Shown here piece by piece: positions 54,321-64,000 of a stretch of 64,000 nt of DNA. The DNA lies in NCBI GenBank assembly GCA_964569335.1, contig CAZMVL010000007.1:24027-88026 (forward strand), written 5' to 3'. The notes below the pieces were generated by a model that saw nothing but the letters and a program-made list of their open reading frames with translations, was not told the DNA's origin and searched no databases. Numbering within the stretch: the first letter of the stretch is position 1; every line of letters starts with the position of its first letter. Both the position numbers and the translations under genes were made by a program. This DNA comes from an uncultured Paraperlucidibaca sp. Its GTDB lineage: Bacteria > Pseudomonadota > Gammaproteobacteria > Pseudomonadales > Moraxellaceae.

Positions 54321-55694
54321 GTGATGCCCAGTGGTGTATGGCAGGCGGCGTTAGTTCGTCTAGAAGAAGAATATCCTGCTAACCTTTTTCAAATGTGGAT
54401 ACGTCCTTTACAGGTTGTAGAGACCGAAACGGGTCTGGATTTGTTGGCACCTAACCCGTTTTTTGTACGTCATATCAAAGATAAGTTTTTGCAACGCATT
54501 GTTCAGATTGTGTCGGAAGCATCGGCTGGTGAAATAAGTACGATTGATGTGCGTGTGGGTAGTCGAAGTGACAAGTCATCATCAAACACGTTGGTTGAAA
54601 CCAAAACGTCGGTATTGAAGTCTCGTGCCCCTGCGGTAAAAACAGCTGATCGTGAACAGATTGCCAAACCTGCGACCAGCCTTAATCCTTTATTTACCTT
54701 TGATAACTTTGTGCCTGGCAAAGGTGCGCAATTGGCTCATGCCGGTTGTTTACAGGCAGCGGATAACCCGGGTGCCAGTCATAGCAATCCCTTGTTTATT
54801 TATGGGCCGACAGGTCTTGGCAAGACGCATTTGATGCATGCTGTCGGTAACGAGATTTTGAGTCGTAATGCCCATGCTCGTGTGATGTATCTGACCTCTG
54901 AGCGTTTTGTGGGGGATTTCATTACAGCGTTGCAGCGCAACATGATGACGGACTTCAAGCGTCTGTATCGTTCATTGGATGCCTTATTGATTGATGACAT
55001 CCAGTTCTTTGCCAATAAGGAAAGTACGCAGGATGAGTTTTTTCATACCTTCAATACCTTGCTGGAAGGATCTCGTCAGATCATCATGACATCGGATAGA
55101 ATTCCTAGAGAAATCAATGGGATGGATGATCGCCTGAAGTCCCGTTTTTCTTGGGGCTTGTCGATTCAGGTTGATCCACCCGATAAGGAAACACGGGTAG
55201 CAATTTTGTTGAAGAAATCGGTGTCTGCCGGAATTGAGGTGCCATTGGAGTCGGCGCAATTCATTGCAGAGCATGTACAGGGCAATGTGCGTGAACTGGA
55301 AGGTGCTTTAAATAAGGTCATTGCGACCGCACGTTTCAAGGGTATGCCTGTTAGTCTGGAGTTGGTAAAAGAAGCATTGCGCGATGTGCTACTTGTTCGT
55401 GCAAGACAGTTTAATATCGACAATATTCAACGTGTGGTGGCAGAGTACTATCATATTCCGTTACGTGAACTGACTGGCAAAAAACGCAATCGTTCATTTG
55501 CCAGACCACGTCAGGTGGCAATGGCATTAGCACGTGAATTGACCGGTAACAGTTACCCCGAAATTGGTTTGGCCTTTGATGGCAGAGACCATAGTACGGT
55601 GATACATGCCTGTGAAAAGGTTGCCAGCCTGCGGGCTGCTGATACACATATGGAAGAAGACTTTAAAAACCTGCTGCGAATTTTGCAGATGTGA
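54321..55694 (+). CDS. dnaA: Chromosomal replication initiator DnaA
   Basis: NPLFIYGPTGLGKTH, LLIDDIQF, NVRELEGAL, GRDHSTV.HA. Confidence 0.98.
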   Translation: MMPSGVWQAALVRLEEEYPANLFQMWIRPLQVVETETGLDLLAPNPFFVRHIKDKFLQRIVQIVSEASAGEISTIDVRVGSRSDKSSSNTLVETKTSVLKSRAPAVKTADREQIAKPATSLNPLFTFDNFVPGKGAQLAHAGCLQAADNPGASHSNPLFIYGPTGLGKTHLMHAVGNEILSRNAHARVMYLTSERFVGDFITALQRNMMTDFKRLYRSLDALLIDDIQFFANKESTQDEFFHTFNTLLEGSRQIIMTSDRIPREINGMDDRLKSRFSWGLSIQVDPPDKETRVAILLKKSVSAGIEVPLESAQFIAEHVQGNVRELEGALNKVIATARFKGMPVSLELVKEALRDVLLVRARQFNIDNIQRVVAEYYHIPLRELTGKKRNRSFARPRQVAMALARELTGNSYPEIGLAFDGRDHSTVIHACEKVASLRAADTHMEEDFKNLLRILQM

Positions 55695-55712
55695 GCTCGG
55701 GGAAGCCAAATA

Positions 55713-56825
55713 ATGAAAGTGTCCATGACGCGTGACCAGTTGTTAAAGCCGTTGCAACAAGTGGCTGGTGTAGTAGAAAAACGACAAACCCTGCAAGTGC
55801 TGTCAAATGTGCTGATGGTGGTTGATAAAGGTCAACTGGCACTGACAGGTACAGACCTTGAGGTCGAGCTGATTGCCAGACAGGAATTAACGGCTGCGTC
55901 GGTTGATGGTCGTATTACCTTGCCTTGTCGCAAGCTAGTGGATATCTGTCGTGCCCTGCCTGCTACAGCAGATGTTGAGCTGAGTCTGGATGGTCAGCGC
56001 ATGATATTGCGTTCCGGTAAAAGTCGATTCACCTTGTCTACTCTGCCTGCCAATGACTTTCCCAATCTGGAAGAAACCCTGGCTGGTGCCTTTTCGTTAA
56101 CGCTGCCGCAAAAAGTGCTTAAGCGTTTGATTGACAAGACTTCTTTTGCCATGGCGCAACAAGATGTTCGATACTATCTGAATGGTATGTTGTTTGAGCT
56201 GAGTACGGGTTGTTTGCGGGTTGTGGCCACTGATGGTCACCGTTTGGCCATGTGTGATGCCAATGTTGATGCGCAACTGAACGAGAAGATGCAGATTATT
56301 GTGCCGCGTAAAGGCATTCAGGAGCTGTCACGCTTGTTGTCGGATGAAGAAGGCGATGTCACTCTGACGTTGGGTTCTAATCATTTGCGTGTGACGGTGG
56401 GCAGCCTGACCTTTACTTCCAAACTGATTGATGGCCGTTTCCCTGACTATGAGCGCGTGTTGCCCAAGGGTGGCGATCGTACCCTGGTAGCGGGTCGTGA
56501 AGAGCTCAAGTCGGCTTTGCAGCGTGCGGCTATTCTGTGTAATGAAAAATTCCGTGGTGTTCGTTTGCACCTGAATGAACAGCATCTGAAAATTCTGGCA
56601 ACCAACCCTGATCAGGAAGAAGCAGAAGAAGAGCTTCAGGTTGAGTTCAGTGGCTCAACGCTCGAGATCGGTTTTAATGTGGGTTATGTGCTGGATGTGC
56701 TGAATGCGCTGAATGGTGCCTATACTCGCGTTATTCTGAGTGATGGCAACAGCTCTGCTCTGGTTCGTGATAATGATGACGAGCATGCAGATGCACTTTA
56801 TGTCGTGATGCCAATGCGTCTCTAG
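55713..56825 (+). CDS. dnaN: DNA polymerase III beta clamp
   Basis: GTDLE, ATDGHRLA, FPDYERV, VVMPMRL. Confidence 0.98.
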   Translation: MKVSMTRDQLLKPLQQVAGVVEKRQTLQVLSNVLMVVDKGQLALTGTDLEVELIARQELTAASVDGRITLPCRKLVDICRALPATADVELSLDGQRMILRSGKSRFTLSTLPANDFPNLEETLAGAFSLTLPQKVLKRLIDKTSFAMAQQDVRYYLNGMLFELSTGCLRVVATDGHRLAMCDANVDAQLNEKMQIIVPRKGIQELSRLLSDEEGDVTLTLGSNHLRVTVGSLTFTSKLIDGRFPDYERVLPKGGDRTLVAGREELKSALQRAAILCNEKFRGVRLHLNEQHLKILATNPDQEEAEEELQVEFSGSTLEIGFNVGYVLDVLNALNGAYTRVILSDGNSSALVRDNDDEHADALYVVMPMRL

Positions 56826-56828
56826 ACA

Positions 56829-57917
56829 TTGTCTACTCTGACCCAGCTTGAAGTGACAGACCTTAGGAATCTTTCCAAGGTCTGTCTTCTCCCCTCCCCG
56901 CGTATCAACATCATTTACGGTGAAAACGGTTCTGGCAAAACCACGTTGCTGGAAGCCATGTATTTACTGAGTCTGGGCCGTTCTTTTCGCACACAGCGCT
57001 CACGACGTTTGGTTCAGGATGAAAAAAACAACGCAACGGTATTTGCCCGGTTTGATTCTGGCCATTGTGTTGGCATTCAAAAAAGTGCTGCTGGTGAGTC
57101 GCTAATTCAGATTGATGGCCGTCGTGATGTGAAGCGTGGTGACCTGGCCAAAATTCTTCCTTTGCAGTTATTTGATCCCAGTTCCCTGGATATGTTGTCG
57201 GGTTCTTCGGAGCCGAGAAGACAGCTGTTGGACTGGGGAGTGTTTCACGTGGAACATGACTTTTTGTCGTTATGGCAGCAATTCAAACATGCGCTATTAC
57301 AACGGAATTCATTGTTGAAAAGTGGTAAAATTTCCGCCATTGAGCTTGATTATTGGGAAGCAAGTATTAGCCAGCTGGCTGAGCCTTTAACCGAGCAGCG
57401 AGCAGCATTTTTTGATTGCTGGAAAGTATATTTTGATCAGGCAATACAGCGTTTGTTGCCTGATCAAAATGTAAGTATTCAGTTCTCGCCTGGTTGGGAT
57501 AGTGAGCAGTCTTTATCGGCCTTGTTGTTCAATGGACGGGGAAAAGATATCGAACGTGGCTTTACTCAGGTTGGGCCGCAAAGAGCAGATATTCGTTTTC
57601 GGTCTGGTGCGATGGCGGCAGAGGAAAGACTATCTCGTGGCCAACAGAAGCTGGCTGTGTGTGCTATGAAGTTGTCGATGGTAGAGTTGCTGGTCAATCG
57701 TCACGGCATTCGTCCCATTTTGTTGCTGGATGATATTGCTTCGGAGCTGGATGGTTTGGCCAGAAAACGAGTGTGTGACTGGATTGCCTCACTGGGCGTT
57801 CAGGTTTTTGCAACAGCCATTGAGTTAAATCAGCTTTCAAATTTATGGGGCGATTTGCCCGTTGGTATGTTTCACGTGGAACATGGTGAAGTGGAATGCG
57901 TCACTGCAGCCGTATGA
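56829..57917 (+). CDS. recF: DNA replication/repair protein RecF
   Basis: GENGSGKT, SRGQQKL, LLDDIASELD. Confidence 0.95.
   Translation: MSTLTQLEVTDLRNLSKVCLLPSPRINIIYGENGSGKTTLLEAMYLLSLGRSFRTQRSRRLVQDEKNNATVFARFDSGHCVGIQKSAAGESLIQIDGRRDVKRGDLAKILPLQLFDPSSLDMLSGSSEPRRQLLDWGVFHVEHDFLSLWQQFKHALLQRNSLLKSGKISAIELDYWEASISQLAEPLTEQRAAFFDCWKVYFDQAIQRLLPDQNVSIQFSPGWDSEQSLSALLFNGRGKDIERGFTQVGPQRADIRFRSGAMAAEERLSRGQQKLAVCAMKLSMVELLVNRHGIRPILLLDDIASELDGLARKRVCDWIASLGVQVFATAIELNQLSNLWGDLPVGMFHVEHGEVECVTAAV
57241..57256. promoter_or_regulatory. parS site in recF
   Basis: TGTTTCACGTGGAACA. Confidence 0.9.
57868..57883. promoter_or_regulatory. parS site in recF
   Basis: TGTTTCACGTGGAACA. Confidence 0.9.
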
Positions 57918-57933
57918 AGGGGCTTAGGAGTAA

Positions 57934-60357
<2,424 letters not shown>

Positions 60358-60366
60358 TAACTGGTA

Positions 60367-61347
60367 ATGTCATCAGTGGTTAATGTTTCACGTGAAACAA
60401 CTGAGTCGGTTAAATCTTCCATAGAGCTTGTACTTGCCCCTATGGAAGGTTTAACCGATTTTTTTATGCGGGAAATTTTGACGTCGATCAGCCCATATGA
60501 CTGGTGTGTCAGTGAGTTTTTGCGGGTGACGGATCATTTGTATCCTAATTCGGTGTTTTATCGACATTGCCCCGAGCTGCATCACCATGGCAAAACGCTC
60601 TCTGCAGGCACTCCGGTACATTTCCAGTTATTGGGTAGTGATGCGGTAGCCATGGCTGATAATGCAGCACGTGCCGTTGAGTTGGGTGCACCAGCCATTG
60701 ATATCAATTTTGGTTGCCCTGCCCGGACGGTGAATAAAAGCGGTGGCGGTGCTGCGTTATTAAGTAATGCAGAGCTTATGCATCAGATTGTGTTGAGTGT
60801 CAGGCGCACGGTGCCCAGGCAGATTTCTGTCAGTGCCAAGATCCGATTAGGGCTGGAGGATGCAGAGGCTGTTTTAGAAAACGCGTCAGCTATTCACAGT
60901 GCAGGAGCCACTTGGTTAACGATTCATGCCAGAACCAAGGCACAAGGCTATCGGCCCCCTGTGGATTGGCGTTCCATTGCAAAAGTCAGTCGACAGTTTC
61001 CTTCTTGGAAAGTGATTGCCAATGGCGATATCAAATGTGCTGAAAGTCTGAGGCAGTGCCAGTTAGAAAGTGAGTGCAGCAGTTTCATGATTGGCAGAGC
61101 TGCGGTGAGTGAGCCAGATCTGGTGGCCAGGCTGAAATCTTCAACATATCAACGAATGGGTTGGCCTGATGTCGCAAAAGCACAATTGCAGCTGATTCAC
61201 GCTATGGGTGATGGCGAGCGTGGCATTGTCGGCAGATACAAGCAGTGGTTGAGTATGACAACCAGTGTGTATCCCGAGGCAAATGATCGTTTTCAGCGTC
61301 TGAAGCGAGCCAAATATGTCAGTGAGATATTGCACGACCCTATATAA
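60367..61347 (+). CDS. dusC: tRNA-dihydrouridine synthase (DusC-like)
   Basis: LAPMEG, SEFLRVT, NFGCPA, HART...GY.PP, ANGDI. Confidence 0.82.
   Translation: MSSVVNVSRETTESVKSSIELVLAPMEGLTDFFMREILTSISPYDWCVSEFLRVTDHLYPNSVFYRHCPELHHHGKTLSAGTPVHFQLLGSDAVAMADNAARAVELGAPAIDINFGCPARTVNKSGGGAALLSNAELMHQIVLSVRRTVPRQISVSAKIRLGLEDAEAVLENASAIHSAGATWLTIHARTKAQGYRPPVDWRSIAKVSRQFPSWKVIANGDIKCAESLRQCQLESECSSFMIGRAAVSEPDLVARLKSSTYQRMGWPDVAKAQLQLIHAMGDGERGIVGRYKQWLSMTTSVYPEANDRFQRLKRAKYVSEILHDPI
60384..60399. promoter_or_regulatory. Perfect parS palindrome at the dusC 5' end
   Basis: TGTTTCACGTGAAACA. Confidence 0.92.
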
Positions 61348-61362
61348 GGCCAGGTTTTGTGC

Positions 61363-62430
61363 TTACTGACGGTTTCCGTTCTCGTCAGGGCTGTTCAGCC
61401 ATTCCTGCCACAAAGACGCCAGCACGGCCAGAATCACAGGGCCAATAAACAGCCCCACCATACCAAAGGCCGCCAGACCTCCCAGTACGCCGAACATCAC
61501 CAGCAGGAAAGAAATACGAGTTGAGCTAGAAATAACCAGTGGTCGGATGATGTTGTCGATGGTACTGACTACCAATCCCCCCCATAGCGCCAGACTGATT
61601 CCCGCCAGTGTCTGACCATCAACAATCAGCCATAGGGCAACCCCACCCCAGGCAAATGGCGTACCGAAGGGAATCAGTGCAATCAGGAATGTCATTAGCG
61701 TCAGAAATACAGGATTGGGCGCTCCGGCCACGGCATAACCTATGCCTGCCAGCACGGCCTGAGCAATGGCCGTCAGTACAATGCCAAACACAACGGCACG
61801 GGTCATGCCTCCTGCTGCGGCCAGATAGCGTTCGCCAGACTCGGAGATGATGAGTCTCAACGCTCGGCGCAGCTGCCGCATAATGCGTTCGCCATCGCGA
61901 TAAAAGAAAAAGGCAGTGAAAATGGTAATGGCCAATTTGGCCAGATTGCGCCCCACTTCTCCGGCCAGAGAGCCAATTTGCCCTAAGCCCAATCCTAGGT
62001 TATTACGCAGGCTTTCACGGATTGAGCCTGGATTGTCATGCAGCCACTGCCATAGACGTTGCAGATCATGTTCCAGCCAAGGCAAATATTGACTGATAAA
62101 CACCGGAGCTTCAAAGCTATCTTGATTTAATACTGATGATAGGCTTTTGAAAATTAAAGGGATTTCTGTTTGCAATATGAGCAGTAACCAGGTTAATGGC
62201 CCCAATATCATGAGCGCCAGCGTTAGTGTCATGATGAATGCAGCGGTATTGGCTCGTCCTTTTAGCAGGGCTAATAAACGGTGGTATACCGGCCATGTTA
62301 CAAAAACCAGAATGGCGGCCCAAGTGACAGAAATAATGAAGGGTTGAAGGACTTTGAAGCTCAGAAAGGCCAGAACCGCAAGAGCAAGCAACAAGGGCAG
62401 GCGCGATAACAGGAGCATGTTCTGAGGCAT
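61363..62430 (-). CDS. AI-2E family transporter
   Basis: FFYRDG, IPFG, DNIIRP, GVLGGL.AFG..GLFIGP. Confidence 0.88.
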   Translation of the reverse strand: MPQNMLLLSRLPLLLALAVLAFLSFKVLQPFIISVTWAAILVFVTWPVYHRLLALLKGRANTAAFIMTLTLALMILGPLTWLLLILQTEIPLIFKSLSSVLNQDSFEAPVFISQYLPWLEHDLQRLWQWLHDNPGSIRESLRNNLGLGLGQIGSLAGEVGRNLAKLAITIFTAFFFYRDGERIMRQLRRALRLIISESGERYLAAAGGMTRAVVFGIVLTAIAQAVLAGIGYAVAGAPNPVFLTLMTFLIALIPFGTPFAWGGVALWLIVDGQTLAGISLALWGGLVVSTIDNIIRPLVISSSTRISFLLVMFGVLGGLAAFGMVGLFIGPVILAVLASLWQEWLNSPDENGNRQ

Positions 62431-62493
62431 ATGAGCTGTCCTTGATAAGCAAGCAAAATAGGGATGCTGGCAAGGATTATGGCCTCAAATCAT

Positions 62494-62532
62494 AAAAAAA
62501 GGGCGCTTACTTCAAGCAGTAGCGCCCTTTTT
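62494..62532 (-). terminator. Rho-independent terminator (bidirectional-type)
   Basis: A7-GGGCGCT...AGCGCCC-T6 after the acyl-CoA dehydrogenase stop. Confidence 0.88.
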
Positions 62533-62544
62533 TGTTATTGCTGA

Positions 62545-64000
62545 TTAAAGGAAGTGGAAATGCTCCGGTTCCATTTGCAGCAACGATTTGGTCGGTTTCA
62601 ACATGCTGTCTGCATGTGCTTTGGCACGCGGCAGCATACGTTCAAAGTAGAACTCGGCCGTTTGAATTTTGGCTTGATAGAAAGCTGGCTCTTCATTGCC
62701 GCCCTTCTCCAGCTTTTCAAACGATACGGCAGCCAATTGCGCCCAGAAATAGGCCAGAACAGCATATCCCGAGTACATCAGGAAGTCGTTGGATGCAGTA
62801 CCTACCAGGTCACGATCCTTGCGAGCCTGCAACATGATACGTACGGTCAGGTAGTTCCATTGAGTAACAATCTTGCTCAGCTCCCAGACAAATGGACGCA
62901 TTTGCTTGTTGGCCAGATTGTCACGGCAGAACTTGGCGATTTCGGCGGTAAAGTCCCGAACGGCCTTGCCTTTGGTCGTCAGCAATACTTTACGCCCCAG
63001 CAGGTCGAGACCTTGAATGCCGGTAGTGCCTTCATACAGTGTGGAGATGCGCGCATCACGTGCATACTGCTCCATGCCATGTTCGTTGATATAGCCGTGA
63101 CCACCAAAAATCTGCATGCCCAGGTTGGCAGACTCCAGACCCAGCTCGGTCAGAACACCTTTCAGAATTGGCGTCAGGAAGCCCAGCTTGTCATCCCAGT
63201 AGTCGTAGGTTTCTTTGTCGCCATTGGTGATGGCAACACCCATGTGGTCAGCCATTTTGGTAGCGTAGTACAGCATGGCGCGTCCGCCTTCGGCGACGGC
63301 TTTTTGGGTCAGTAGCATACGGCGTACATCACCATGATGGATCAGCGCGTCTGCGACGGCATTTGGCTCTTTCTTGCCGGACAGTGCACGCATGGAGCGG
63401 CGCTCTTTGGCATAGGTCAGCGAGTTCTGGAAAGAAATCTCGGCGGCGCCAATACCTTGAATCGAGGTGCCGATACGTGCGGTGTTCATGAAGGTGAACA
63501 TGCACTCCAGGCCCTTATTGGGCGGGCCAATGAGGAAGGCCTTGGCATCATCGAAATTCATGACGCAAGTGGCAGAGGCCTTGATACCCATTTTGTGCTC
63601 GATGTTGCCAGCGGATACACCGTTCTTTTCGCCGATGCCACCATCTGCAGATGGCAGGAACTTTGGCACAATGAACAATGAAATGCCGCGGGTTCCGGCA
63701 GGTGCATCTGGCAGACGTGCCAGCACGATATGCACAATGTTTTCGGTCAGGTCGTGATCACCCGAAGAAATGAAGATTTTGGTACCAGTGATGGAGTAGC
63801 TGCCATCGCCGTTATCTTCAGCCTTGGTTTTTACCTGGCCCAGGTCAGTACCACATTGTGGTTCGGTCAGGCACATGGTGCCGGCCCAGCGGCCTTCAAC
63901 CAATGGTGGCATGTAGGTGTTTTTCTGCTCTTCTGTGCCATGCAGCAGGATGGTATTCATACAGCCAATCGACAGGCCTGGGTACATGCCAAATGACCAG
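62545..64000 (-). CDS. Acyl-CoA dehydrogenase (long form; 5' truncated by window)
   Basis: GTMCLTEP, GTKIFIS, EHKMGI, GGHGYI, YEGTTGIQ. Confidence 0.93.
   Translation of the reverse strand, partial: WSFGMYPGLSIGCMNTILLHGTEEQKNTYMPPLVEGRWAGTMCLTEPQCGTDLGQVKTKAEDNGDGSYSITGTKIFISSGDHDLTENIVHIVLARLPDAPAGTRGISLFIVPKFLPSADGGIGEKNGVSAGNIEHKMGIKASATCVMNFDDAKAFLIGPPNKGLECMFTFMNTARIGTSIQGIGAAEISFQNSLTYAKERRSMRALSGKKEPNAVADALIHHGDVRRMLLTQKAVAEGGRAMLYYATKMADHMGVAITNGDKETYDYWDDKLGFLTPILKGVLTELGLESANLGMQIFGGHGYINEHGMEQYARDARISTLYEGTTGIQGLDLLGRKVLLTTKGKAVRDFTAEIAKFCRDNLANKQMRPFVWELSKIVTQWNYLTVRIMLQARKDRDLVGTASNDFLMYSGYAVLAYFWAQLAAVSFEKLEKGGNEEPAFYQAKIQTAEFYFERMLPRAKAHADSMLKPTKSLLQMEPEHFHFL

Overview
Replication-origin region of a gammaproteobacterial chromosome. 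Gene order is Pseudomonas-like, and an AtpD insert suggests a Moraxellaceae/Pseudomonadales relative (inference). Most of the window is conserved housekeeping: spoT-ridA, oxyR-recG, rubredoxin/rubredoxin reductase, ubiCA, phoBR, pstSCAB-phoU, uvrD, glmUS, the atp operon, parAB-rsmG-mnmG, mnmE-yidC-yidD-rnpA-rpmH, oriC, dnaA-dnaN-recF-gyrB and dusC. Regulatory DNA is readable by eye: DnaA boxes, parS sites, Pho boxes, an OxyR site, PadR-type operators, promoters and terminators. The standout is an accessory block between mnmG and mnmE. It holds a 4-gene minus-strand operon (39847-45507) encoding an 815-aa exported di-heme protein with RoxA/MauG/cytochrome-c-peroxidase-superfamily motifs, a 568-aa di-heme cytochrome, a mono-heme + Ca-loop + FMN-bind-like fusion protein, and an HxH-motif polytopic membrane protein. 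The operon has its own promoter, overlapped by a 20-bp palindrome, and lies next to a PadR-controlled fadH/NTF2/esterase module. I saw no rRNA, tRNA, CRISPR array or mobile element. All family calls come from motif recognition; no searches were run.
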